A stretch of DNA of 47,723 nt from Candidatus Heimdallarchaeota archaeon (GTDB taxonomy: Archaea; Asgardarchaeota; Wukongarchaeia; Wukongarchaeales; JBHIFL01): contig JBHIFL010000027.1 in assembly GCA_046761065.1 (NCBI GenBank), forward strand, positions 1 to 47,723, written 5' to 3'. The first letter of the stretch is position 1, and the number at the start of each line of letters is the position of its first letter. The notes beneath the pieces were generated by a model, which saw nothing but the letters and a program-made list of their open reading frames with translations, did no database searches and had not been told where the DNA came from. The position numbers and the translations under genes are program-made. Positions 20,735 to 30,446 of the stretch are shown here, piece after piece.

Positions 20735-22393
20735 GTGGAACATGCTATGGAAGGGATAAACTCTACTGATAAGAAATATACAATGGCCGCTGCAGTAAGA
20801 GCTGCCTATCGAGCTGGTGAAGAAGATGAAGCCATGGAGCCGCTCGTTCTTGTGGATACACTTGGAAAACCAGTGGGACGGATGGAAAATGGCGACTATG
20901 TAATATTCTATAATATCCGTGGTGAACGTGAGATCGAGTTAACACAAAGTCTCACAGATCCTTCATTTCATCACTTCCCCCAAAAAAGGAACCTCCGGCT
21001 TCATTTCGTGACAATGATTCAATATGATGAAAATCTCAAAGTCAAAGTAGCTTTCCCCCCCACAGAAGAGCTGCGTAACATGCTAAGCGAGGTCATAAGT
21101 AAGAATAGATTGAAACAAGTCAAAATTGTAGAATCTGAAAAAGCAATTCATGTCAACTACTTCTTTAATGGGAAAAAAAGGGATCCTTGGCCACTAGAAG
21201 AAAGGGTCATCATTGAATCTCCCAAGGATGTTATTAGCTACGATCAGAAACCGGAACTAAACATCTCTGCAGTCACGAACATGATTATTGAGAAAATACA
21301 GGATCCTAGCTATGATTTGATTATAGCAAACTATGCGAATGTTGATGTGATTGGTCATATTGAAAATGCAAAAGCCATAAAAAAAGCAGTCGAAGCAGTG
21401 GACACGAATATTAGAATTGTAGTCAAAGTAGCAAAAAAGGCAAAAATCACAACAATTTTAACAGCAGACCATGGAACAGCTGAAAAATGGCTTTATCCGG
21501 ATGGAGCAATTGATACGGGTCATACGGATAGCCCGGTTCCTTTTATTCTCCTAGATCCGAATAGTGAAGTAGCTGAAAAGGAACCAATTATTCTACGAGA
21601 TGGGGGAGCGTTAAGTGATGTTGCACCTACAATCTTAAAACTTTTTGAATTGCCTAAACCCACCGAAATGACAGGGCAAAGTCTTCTTGAAAGGTATCCC
21701 CGTAGATTGTTACCGAAGAAGCGAGTATTATTACTCATCTTGGATGGTTGGGGCTACCGTGATCAACTCGAAGGAAATCTCATCGCTCAAGCCCATACTC
21801 CATTTATAGATAACCTTCTGGCAAAATATCCCTTTATTCTATTGCAAGCTGCTGGAGAAGCTGTGGGGATGCCCCCTGGTGCTGTTGGGAACTCTGAAGC
21901 AGGCCACCTGCACCTTGGGGCTGGAAGAACTGTCTACTCCGATCGTGTTAAGATTGACAAAGCCATTCAGAACGGAACCTTCTTCGAAAATGAGGCCTTT
22001 TTATGGGCAATGCGGAATTGTATTCAGGACGGGTCTCGTCTTCATTTATTAGGAATCATTTCATTCTACAGTTCTCACGGTCCAGTGGATTATCCTCTTA
22101 ATCTATTGAAGCTTGCGAAAAAAGAGGGAGTTCCAGAAGTTTTTCTGCATGGAATGCTGGGTAGACGTGGCGAACATCCAGAAAGTGGCGCCAATTACGT
22201 AGAATTAATTGAACAAGAAATGGAACGCTTAAGTCTTGGCAAAATTGTGTCTCTTATTGGTCGATTCTGGGCATTGGATCGAGAGGAGAATTGGGACCGT
22301 ATAGAGAAAACTTATCGCTTATTGGTCTTCGGTAAGGGCAAACCTGTCATGGAGTCAGGCAATGAGACCTTCTCAGAGAAAATTACCCCTTAA
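20735..22393 (+). CDS. gpmI: circularly permuted 2,3-bisphosphoglycerate-independent phosphoglycerate mutase-like protein
   Basis: GpmI motif blocks present, but the canonical C-terminal half (NYANVDVIGH, TADHG, GHT, DVAPT, EMTGQSLL) precedes the canonical N-terminus (LILDGWG, GNSEAGH, DREENWDR). Confidence 0.9.
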   Translation: MEHAMEGINSTDKKYTMAAAVRAAYRAGEEDEAMEPLVLVDTLGKPVGRMENGDYVIFYNIRGEREIELTQSLTDPSFHHFPQKRNLRLHFVTMIQYDENLKVKVAFPPTEELRNMLSEVISKNRLKQVKIVESEKAIHVNYFFNGKKRDPWPLEERVIIESPKDVISYDQKPELNISAVTNMIIEKIQDPSYDLIIANYANVDVIGHIENAKAIKKAVEAVDTNIRIVVKVAKKAKITTILTADHGTAEKWLYPDGAIDTGHTDSPVPFILLDPNSEVAEKEPIILRDGGALSDVAPTILKLFELPKPTEMTGQSLLERYPRRLLPKKRVLLLILDGWGYRDQLEGNLIAQAHTPFIDNLLAKYPFILLQAAGEAVGMPPGAVGNSEAGHLHLGAGRTVYSDRVKIDKAIQNGTFFENEAFLWAMRNCIQDGSRLHLLGIISFYSSHGPVDYPLNLLKLAKKEGVPEVFLHGMLGRRGEHPESGANYVELIEQEMERLSLGKIVSLIGRFWALDREENWDRIEKTYRLLVFGKGKPVMESGNETFSEKITP

Positions 22394-22691
22394 TGAACCC
22401 TTGGATGCCCTTGGGTACTCCTTTTTATAGTATCCCGTCTCTACAGCGGGTCATAACCTCTTGTTTGTGGCGAAATTGACAAAATAGCACGTTAGGAACA
22501 AAGCAAGATCAACGACGCATCTTCTCCCAAAAGCTCCCACTCTATCTTTTTACTTTCTTTCTTTTTTGAGAAGTCTCACCTTTTTAAGTGGACTCGCGCT
22601 TCTGGATTTTTGCTGTGCTTTCGTTTCTAGCATACCTCTTTCTTCTTCCTCTAACGTTTTCCTATCTATTAGGTTTGTTAAATTTTGCGAA

Positions 22692-22766
22692 GAAAATTTA
22701 AAGATATATCTCATTTATACTTTAGGTCGCAGAAGACCCCGGGAGCCCTGGTCTTCGCAGAAGACC
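22692..22766 (+). promoter_or_regulatory. BRE/TATA-like element followed by a GC-rich palindromic element
   Basis: GAAAATTTAAA at ~22692-22702; GAAGACC 22732-22738, GGTCTTC 22750-22756, GAAGACC 22760-22766. Confidence 0.4.
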
Positions 22767-23083
22767 TCTTTGTGTCACCTTCTATTGGGTTGGACACCTA
22801 GGAGCTCTCTTCATCTCTTTGAAAGTGCAGACTTCTTCACTTGATGCAGTCTGAAGTTGTTTGCAATAATCCACTGGGGCATAAGATGAGCACTATTCTG
22901 GCGAAAAAAGAAGATGAAAAAGTGATCGAGATTACACAAACGTTTCATCTACATCAAAAAACCAGATCTAATGCTTTCAAGAATCCACCCCGTGGATATC
23001 TCCCCCCACCACGCAATCAATGCAGTTCGAAATGTTTTTGACTTGGGCTACCGATAATACCACATAAAATAAACCACTGTTAG

Positions 23084-24100
23084 ATGATGTCTATGGAGCA
23101 GCATGCCCTTGTCGAGGCATTAATGAAGCCAGAAACCTACGATGAAACCGTTCGAAAAATAGAACTTGTCCAGACCCATATTTCTTTTGTGTTCCTGGCC
23201 GGTGACTATGTTTACAAAGTGAAAAAACCCGTTAACTTTGGATTCTTGGATTTTACCACCTTAGAGAAGCGCAAGTTCTTTTGCGGCCGCGAACTTGAAC
23301 TCAATCGTCGCTTGGCTGGAGATATGTATCTCGAAGTCGTCCCAATCAACCGCTCTGACAATCAAATCAAAATCAAAGGGCAAGGCGAAACCATCGAATA
23401 TGCGGTCAAGATGCGGCGTATACCCGAAGATACGATGATGAGTGGTTTGCTCGAACAAAACCAAGTGGATAACGGTTTGATTGATGAATTGGCTAAAAAA
23501 ATTGCCGAGTTCCATGCGAAAGCAGAAACTGGAGAATTAATCAATAATTTTGGTTCTTTAGAGACCATCAAGTTTAATTGGGACGAGAACTTCGATCAAA
23601 CCTACGACTTTATTGGGCGAACGATCAACTCCAGCCAATTTGACTTGATCCATCAGAAAATCCAGACATTTCTAAAAGAGAATCAACCCCTTTTCAGAAC
23701 CCGAATCGAAGATGGCCGGATTCGCGACTGTCATGGAGATCTCCACTCCGGCAATATCTTTATAGCCGACCGCATCTACATTTTTGATTGTATTGAGTTT
23801 AACCAGAGATTCCGTTATTCGGATGTGACCGCGGATGTTGCCTTCTTGGCCATGGACTTGGATTTCCGGAACCGACGGGACCTGTCCACATACTTCGTTG
23901 ACCGATACGTCGAATACTCCCAAGATCGCACGCTTCTGATGCTGCTTCACTTCTACAAATGTTACCGGGCGTATGTACGGGGCAAGGTGATTGGGTTCAA
24001 GTTAGATGATCCTAACGTCGAGACTCTAGAAAAAGATCTAGCAAAGCAGGAGTCACGCGCGTACTTTGATCTTGCAACAGAATATGCAAATGAACTCTAA
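23084..24100 (+). CDS. aminoglycoside-phosphotransferase-like kinase (COG2187; N-terminal half of Rv2004c-type proteins)
   Basis: QTHISFVFL, YKVKKPVNFGFLDF, ELELNRRLA, RDCHGDLHSGNI, FDCIEFN, DVAFLAMDL, YRAYVRGKV. Confidence 0.9.
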   Translation: MMSMEQHALVEALMKPETYDETVRKIELVQTHISFVFLAGDYVYKVKKPVNFGFLDFTTLEKRKFFCGRELELNRRLAGDMYLEVVPINRSDNQIKIKGQGETIEYAVKMRRIPEDTMMSGLLEQNQVDNGLIDELAKKIAEFHAKAETGELINNFGSLETIKFNWDENFDQTYDFIGRTINSSQFDLIHQKIQTFLKENQPLFRTRIEDGRIRDCHGDLHSGNIFIADRIYIFDCIEFNQRFRYSDVTADVAFLAMDLDFRNRRDLSTYFVDRYVEYSQDRTLLMLLHFYKCYRAYVRGKVIGFKLDDPNVETLEKDLAKQESRAYFDLATEYANEL

Positions 24101-24762
24101 TGCCGCTTTTTGAGAATCTTTATCAATTGGTTTGCTTGAGAATCGTGATGGGCAATATTATAGGTCGTAATTTCTGAAGTGTAGGTGTTAGCAATGATTA
24201 ATGGGACATTATCATCTAAAGGTGACTCGAAGTGCTGTTTTACAATATTATAGATTTTCATTTTATCAACATATGAAGCAATGTCTGGTCGTTTTTTCCG
24301 TCTATCCATTCTTTTCGCAATAACCTCCTCAGGACATTCACAATTAATCACATAGATTAAACTTTGGGTTTCTTTTGCAATTGAATATACCTTTTCACGT
24401 AACTCACGCTTGAAGAAAGTCCCATCCAGTACAACAGTTTTCCCCTTCTGTACTATTTCTCTGAGTCGCTCCAAAAGCGCATCATAAACCATCTTTTTTT
24501 GTTTTTCAATTAATTGTTGAATTCTCTTAGAGACCTTATATTCTGGCTGCCGGTCAAAAATTTCTTGGAGATCGTAACGGAGCAGATTGTTTACCCTCAT
24601 AATTTCATCAATGGTTGTATGTTCAAATAGTGCTTTACGGATTAAGTCGGTTGTCAAGATGTCAGCTTGTAAGTGTCGCGCTACGTATTGGGCTATTGTC
24701 GTTTTTCCTGTGCCAGGAAGGCCCATTATTAAGAGGATCATATTAGCTAAGAGGAGTTCCAA
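24097..24762 (-). CDS. P-loop kinase, AAA_33/COG0645 family
   Basis: Walker A GLPGTGKTT, TDLIRK, VVLDGTF, CECPEEVIAKR. Confidence 0.88.
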   Translation of the reverse strand: MELLLANMILLIMGLPGTGKTTIAQYVARHLQADILTTDLIRKALFEHTTIDEIMRVNNLLRYDLQEIFDRQPEYKVSKRIQQLIEKQKKMVYDALLERLREIVQKGKTVVLDGTFFKRELREKVYSIAKETQSLIYVINCECPEEVIAKRMDRRKKRPDIASYVDKMKIYNIVKQHFESPLDDNVPLIIANTYTSEITTYNIAHHDSQANQLIKILKKRH

Positions 24763-25199
24763 TCCTAAAAAGTGTTTTTCTAAGAGGTATGATCTAAATT
24801 ATATATACCCAAAATTTACAAAATCAATTTCCCGTAGCATATCCTAAGTTAAGATAAGAATTATGCATAAAATACAAACAAGGCATTTTCTCTCTTACAT
24901 CATCTCGGAATAGTCTCGAAGGTATAAGTTTATGCCAAAAAAAGGAAATTTTAAAAATTGAAGAAATATCCAAGTTCTTTTAAAATGATTGAAATGCGAT
25001 TAAAAACCCTAAAAAATCACATGACGAAACCCACTGGAAAAAGAAACAAGATAATTTGCTTTATACGGATTGTAACCACTTTCTTGTCGTTATTAGTGAT
25101 ACAGATTCTTTTTAACCATGGAAAATCGAAACCCTCTTATAATAATCCAATAATTGGGGTATCTACCAAATGAAAAACTGAATATCTGAGCTGTGTACA

Positions 25200-28100
25200 A
25201 TGTATTCCCGCTTTGTGAAATCCTTTTTTCTTATTATTCTATTTATGACTCCTTTACTCTCCTCCTCCTCATTTGATATCCTGTATAGCATAAACGGTGT
25301 ATCTTCCAAAAATATTGATTCTTTGACAGATGATGAACTGTTACATGCATTTGAAAAAGCACGACAGGAGATTCCGAGTTATAATCCTGTGTTTCTGCAA
25401 TTTAATGACCAACAGGAATTGGAGCGAGGAGTAACGATTCTTAAAACAATGAACGTAATAATTCTTCATAAGTATATCCTTCTCCCACTTGTTCTTATAG
25501 ATGGTTTAACTCCAGAAAAGATGAAGATCATTGCTAAGCGTTGTTCTATAGTTAATGTTCATCCTAATAAAATCCGTACGCTCATTAAACCATCTGAAGA
25601 TTCAATTTCCCATTTCCAGGACGATAATTCTTTGAATTCTTCACGTCTTCCAGAGATAATAGGAACCACCAAATTACTTGAGGAGGGTCATGATGGAACA
25701 GGAATTATCATTGCTATTTTAGATACGGGTGTAGACGCCACCCATCCGGATCTTACTAATAAAGTTGTACATGAAACGAGCTTTGTTAAGCACAATTTAG
25801 GATATCTCGAAGATGAAGATCCCAAGGATACCTTTGGGCATGGAACTGCCGTCGCCGGTACTGCAGCGGGCACGGGAAAAGCTTCTAATGGACTCTATAC
25901 TGGAATTGCACCCGGTGCCAATTTCTGGAATGTAAAAGTGCTGAACTCTTTAGGGGTGGGTCGAGATGCTGGGATTATCGCAGGAATTGAATATGCAACG
26001 TTCGGTCCAGATAACCAAAGGGATCCCAGTGATCCTGATATCATTAACTTAAGTTTAGGTGGTCCAGGTGGGCCTGATGACTTGAGTAGTCTTGCTGTCG
26101 ATGCCGCCGTTACCCAAGGTGTTGTTGTAACGGCAAGTGCTGGAAATGAAGGACCCTTCTACTCGTCTGTGGGATCCCCCGGGGCAGCTCGTCTGGCGAT
26201 TACAGTTGGAGCAACCACATTGAATGGTGAACTGACTAAGTTTTCCAGTCGGGGCTTCAATTTAGGCAGATACCCGGATCCTGACATTGTGGCTCCTGGT
26301 CTGGATATCATCGCTCCTCTCAGTGCAACCTCCTTTCTTGGATTATCCAAACAAATCCTTTATCCTCCAAAGTATATTAGCGGAAAAGATGGTAACTATG
26401 TTCCTCTTTCAGGAACCAGCCTTTCATCTCCCATTGTTGCAGGTGCTTGTGCACTTTTACTTGAAGCATTTCCCCGTCTCAAAGAGTTAGGGCCTATTGC
26501 TTTACGAATCGTCCTCATGCGTACTGCTAACTCCACCCACCCCTCATTTCAGGCCAATCCAAACATCGCCGGTGCAGGGATGCTTGACATCGCAAAGGCT
26601 GAAACCTATCTTGAAAACCTCGATGATACTCCTACACAAGATCTGGTACTGGTTTTTCCTAAACTCCTACTCTCTGAACCGGCTTTAGTCGCATTTCCTG
26701 GAAATTCATTGGAAGAAAAAATCCTCCTACTAACTGTAGCCCCAGCAACGTTTACATTTGAAACAGAAGGCCCAATTAAACCATTTGTCGAGTTAGTGAA
26801 TACTTCTCTCTACATTGAACAGGGTGATGTTCTTCCCATCAATCTTACAGTCTCCTTGCCCCTAGACATAAATCCCTCAATTTTTGAACAGATTAATGGG
26901 TTCTTAAACGTTCTGATGGATGGAAAGTTAATCGCGCACCTTCCTTTTCAGCCAATTGATGTCCGTTTTCCTAAGTTACGCGTCTATTTCGACAATTTTC
27001 ATAATAAAGGCCCTGAAGATACCCCTCTAAGAAACTTCTTTGCAGTCACAAAGCTCCTGAGAAACAAATCTGTTGATATCGTCGTCCATGATTCCTTTAT
27101 CAGCTATGAAACTTTAGCATCTTTTGACATCCTTCTGCTACCTGATGTAGAACTCATGTTTTCTCAGAAGGAAATTCAAGCAATTTATCAATTTCTTGAG
27201 GCAGGAGGAAATCTAATTCTCTTAGGTGCCGAAAAAGACTCAATGGCGGTCAAGGCTATCAATGAGCTTTTAGATCCATTTGGCATCACATTAACTGATA
27301 CCATCGAAAATGTTACCGATCAAGGCGTATGGAAACACCATGAAGCAAACCTAAACGTAACAACTTTTTCTCTCCACCCGCTCACCCAAGGTATTGATTT
27401 ACTTACTTGGAAGGCTGGTATCAGTTTAACAATTGACACGGAAGTCTCAAACACCCGAGACCTTGCAACAATTACCCTCGAAGAGAATGAATACGCGGTT
27501 ATGGCTGTCCATGAAGCCAACCCTGTGCATAATGGGAGTGTGATAGTACTTGGGACCGAATATCTTTTTTATGATGATCTTCTCAACGAAACGGATAGTA
27601 CCAATCGTCAACTAGCCGAAAATTTGTTTGATTGGCTAACTCCAGATAGTGACCTTCTTCCTCGAATTATGATTAATAGGACACGCGCCGCTCCCATGGA
27701 TACTATTAGTGTAGTGACCTACATCATAACTTCAGAAACCTCTGACCTAGCGGCTGTAGAGGATTTGAATCTAATCGTGACATTCCCGAATGGAACTGAG
27801 ACCCTCCTCACAAATGAGCTTGCTCAACCTCCCTATGAAATCATCCCAGGGATCTATCACTATACATATACGCTACCAACAGATCTCAGCGGCTACCTAA
27901 CCTTCAAAATAAACTCCTCCCAATTTGAAGAGAATCCATCCACCACAGTCTTAGTTTCGGAGACAGAACCAAAAATAGTTTCAACGGAGATGGTTGTAGA
28001 GACTGGTGGACGGGAAATTGTCGAACCTAACTGGACAATCTTCTTCGATGAACCAAAATTGGATCGATACGATGACAAAATTACCATTGAAGCCACTATC

Positions 28101-28925
28101 CAACATGCAGATCAGGTCACACTCTATCTAACACTCCTCGGAGACCAGTTAAGTGACCTTTCCAAGGAAACAACAGCTAATTACGCGTTTCCTATGGTCG
28201 TTGGCTCGAATAGCCAACACTGGAGATATGAATGGCACCCAAACTCTTCAACTCCAGCGGGGATGTATAGCTACTTTGTCTTTCCCACAACTAAAGATGG
28301 TACTTTCTCCCTGACTCCATACAATTCTACTGGGACATTTATTCTACTTGATAGTGAACCAATTATTGATGAAACAAACACCTTTGTTGCTAAGCACTCC
28401 ATTCAGGAACTTGAAGACCTTCTAGATCGCGAACGAATTTCTGTATTGTCAAGTCCCACTGTTAACATTAAAATAACCGGCGAAGACCTCGAAGATACCC
28501 TTAATGAGATGGAAGCTTGGGTTCTTGTTTTAGAATTCAGCGTATTTATTATTGAAGAATATGTGTTAGCGGTATCTTCAATCCCCTATAATACCCAAAC
28601 AAAGATGTTTGAGATGAATTTCACCCTTCCGTCCAATTTACTCAGTACCCCATATGGGCAACTGCCAGAAGATACCATATTGGTGTTTTACCTCCTCCTT
28701 CGTGATTCGGATGGGAATTTTGACTATGCAATAGCTCCAACTGCCCTACAATTACCTACTGAACTGTTATTTAGACAAACAATTGATTCCATTATCGCGT
28801 TGGGATTGATTCTGATTGGTAGCATTTTCTTCCTCGAGCCGATAATTGGAACGATCGTCGTGTTAGTTGCTTCGATCTTGATCGCTTGGCAGCTCGCAAA
28901 ACGATCGCTCAGGCAGTTGCAATAG
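25200..28925 (+). CDS. membrane-anchored S8 subtilase with GATase-like accessory domain (site-1-protease-like architecture)
   Basis: signal peptide; LDTGVD, GHGTAVAG, AGNEG, SGTSLSSP catalytic motifs; RVYFDNFH...FDILLLPDVE...EIQAI.QFLEAGGNL domain; two C-terminal hydrophobic helices. Confidence 0.9.
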   Translation: MYSRFVKSFFLIILFMTPLLSSSSFDILYSINGVSSKNIDSLTDDELLHAFEKARQEIPSYNPVFLQFNDQQELERGVTILKTMNVIILHKYILLPLVLIDGLTPEKMKIIAKRCSIVNVHPNKIRTLIKPSEDSISHFQDDNSLNSSRLPEIIGTTKLLEEGHDGTGIIIAILDTGVDATHPDLTNKVVHETSFVKHNLGYLEDEDPKDTFGHGTAVAGTAAGTGKASNGLYTGIAPGANFWNVKVLNSLGVGRDAGIIAGIEYATFGPDNQRDPSDPDIINLSLGGPGGPDDLSSLAVDAAVTQGVVVTASAGNEGPFYSSVGSPGAARLAITVGATTLNGELTKFSSRGFNLGRYPDPDIVAPGLDIIAPLSATSFLGLSKQILYPPKYISGKDGNYVPLSGTSLSSPIVAGACALLLEAFPRLKELGPIALRIVLMRTANSTHPSFQANPNIAGAGMLDIAKAETYLENLDDTPTQDLVLVFPKLLLSEPALVAFPGNSLEEKILLLTVAPATFTFETEGPIKPFVELVNTSLYIEQGDVLPINLTVSLPLDINPSIFEQINGFLNVLMDGKLIAHLPFQPIDVRFPKLRVYFDNFHNKGPEDTPLRNFFAVTKLLRNKSVDIVVHDSFISYETLASFDILLLPDVELMFSQKEIQAIYQFLEAGGNLILLGAEKDSMAVKAINELLDPFGITLTDTIENVTDQGVWKHHEANLNVTTFSLHPLTQGIDLLTWKAGISLTIDTEVSNTRDLATITLEENEYAVMAVHEANPVHNGSVIVLGTEYLFYDDLLNETDSTNRQLAENLFDWLTPDSDLLPRIMINRTRAAPMDTISVVTYIITSETSDLAAVEDLNLIVTFPNGTETLLTNELAQPPYEIIPGIYHYTYTLPTDLSGYLTFKINSSQFEENPSTTVLVSETEPKIVSTEMVVETGGREIVEPNWTIFFDEPKLDRYDDKITIEATIQHADQVTLYLTLLGDQLSDLSKETTANYAFPMVVGSNSQHWRYEWHPNSSTPAGMYSYFVFPTTKDGTFSLTPYNSTGTFILLDSEPIIDETNTFVAKHSIQELEDLLDRERISVLSSPTVNIKITGEDLEDTLNEMEAWVLVLEFSVFIIEEYVLAVSSIPYNTQTKMFEMNFTLPSNLLSTPYGQLPEDTILVFYLLLRDSDGNFDYAIAPTALQLPTELLFRQTIDSIIALGLILIGSIFFLEPIIGTIVVLVASILIAWQLAKRSLRQLQ

Positions 28926-28933
28926 AGGTGGAT

Positions 28934-30238
28934 TTATTCCTCGACCATTTCATTAAACCAGTTCAAGTTAATACCCGATGCTCGAAGGCGTTCAATAACA
29001 AGTTCTGTAATCTTCGCATCAGTTAGGGATCTTATCTGGTAGGGCGCGTACGACCCAATATCTAAAAGAAGCAGATCAATCAATCCTGGTGGGGTAATAT
29101 CAAAAGCAGGATTAAACAGACCAATCTTGTTAGTCTCCGGAATCTCACTCGTGGCAATTAGATGAGTTGGGGGCCATTGATCGAGCGCATCCCTTGAAAG
29201 GATACCCCTTTCTTTCTTATCTTTAGCCTCTAGTCTATATGGATATAGGATTTCCTCTTTATCACGTTCTTCGATGGGTATCTCTTTCCCAACCGCATTA
29301 AGGTCAATTGTGCTGTAGCTTGTTGCATAAAAGAATGAGATCTCATCAAAATGAGCAGCAATTCGTGCCAAATCGGCGGAACCAATTTTGTTTGCAACTG
29401 ATCCATCCCGTGCTAACCGATCTACCCCTAATATAACCTTTTTGACCTTGAATCGTTTAAAAGCAGCTCCAATCATATTGTCCGTGACCAATACAACTGG
29501 TACTCCTGCTCTATTTAATTCCCACGTTGTAAGTTTGAATCCCTGACTTCTTGGGCGTGTTTCTTTCGCCACAACTAGAATTTCACGCCCCTGTGCGTGC
29601 GCTTCTTCGATCATCCCTAATGCATGACCTCCATAGGAACTGCTGAGCGATCCACCATTGCAATGGGTCATGATTACATCTTGCTCCTCAATATACTGAA
29701 GACCTTCTTTGATGAGATATTGGCAGAGAATGAGATCAGCTGCCAAAAAATAGTCCGCGGCCTTTTTAATTACCTCAATGATATCTTCTGCCGATTTGCC
29801 ATCCCGCAATGCCTTAGTTGCGGCTTCAACAGTCCTGTTGATAGTCCACATCAGCGGACTGGCTGTAGGACGGGTTGAACGGATTTCAGTACAGGCTCTG
29901 AGAAACTCATCGAAATCTTCTGTCGGTTTAGCGTGTAATATTGCCTTTGCAGCTAAAAGAACCGCATATCCTGCCGCTGCTCCAATGGCTTGACTCCCCC
30001 GCACCACCATCCCCTTTATTCCCTCCCAGGCGGCTTTCCGCCAATCTGTAGTCGTCCAAATGGATGTCTCAAAGGGGAGTTTTGTTTGATCTAAGAGAAC
30101 AAGTTGTTCCTTCTCTTCATTCCACCAGACTGTAACTGGGATTCTCGTTTCGGTGTGACTCCAGATTCCAAGAGTTTCATCAAATACCAATCCGATCTTT
30201 TTTAACACTCGTTCCACGATATTTTTTGTTATTGTCAA
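28934..30238 (-). CDS. mtnA: methylthioribose-1-phosphate isomerase / eIF2B family, divergent
   Basis: LLDQTKLP, MVVRG, RPTA, THCN, ETRP, GVDR...ANKIG, NPAFDITP. Confidence 0.85.
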   Translation of the reverse strand: MTITKNIVERVLKKIGLVFDETLGIWSHTETRIPVTVWWNEEKEQLVLLDQTKLPFETSIWTTTDWRKAAWEGIKGMVVRGSQAIGAAAGYAVLLAAKAILHAKPTEDFDEFLRACTEIRSTRPTASPLMWTINRTVEAATKALRDGKSAEDIIEVIKKAADYFLAADLILCQYLIKEGLQYIEEQDVIMTHCNGGSLSSSYGGHALGMIEEAHAQGREILVVAKETRPRSQGFKLTTWELNRAGVPVVLVTDNMIGAAFKRFKVKKVILGVDRLARDGSVANKIGSADLARIAAHFDEISFFYATSYSTIDLNAVGKEIPIEERDKEEILYPYRLEAKDKKERGILSRDALDQWPPTHLIATSEIPETNKIGLFNPAFDITPPGLIDLLLLDIGSYAPYQIRSLTDAKITELVIERLRASGINLNWFNEMVEE

Positions 30239-30446
30239 AAATAGGCCCCCAAAAGAGCTAGAAATCCAGTAAATGAAACTGTTCAGATGTGAAACTTAGT
30301 AACTGAATTATGTGAAAAAGCGCCGAATTATTAAATGTTAAATTTTTCGATTAAATGTATTTTTTGAAGGGCCCTCTGGGTCTTAACTGGTAGAGGATTA
30401 TAGAAAAATATGTCATTTGCTGAGATGATCCTTCCTTGTTCTAGTG

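Noticed and set aside
22725-22766. GC-rich hairpin as tRNA or SECIS
   Set aside because: Too short for a tRNA, no GTTCRA T-loop, and no adjacent UGA-containing gene; kept only as a generic structured element.
22566-23041. ORFs 22566-22844 and 22841-23041
   Set aside because: Low-complexity translations with no recognisable domain.
24958-25173. 71-aa ORF upstream of the subtilase
   Set aside because: AT-rich intergenic sequence, TTG start without SD, no family signature.
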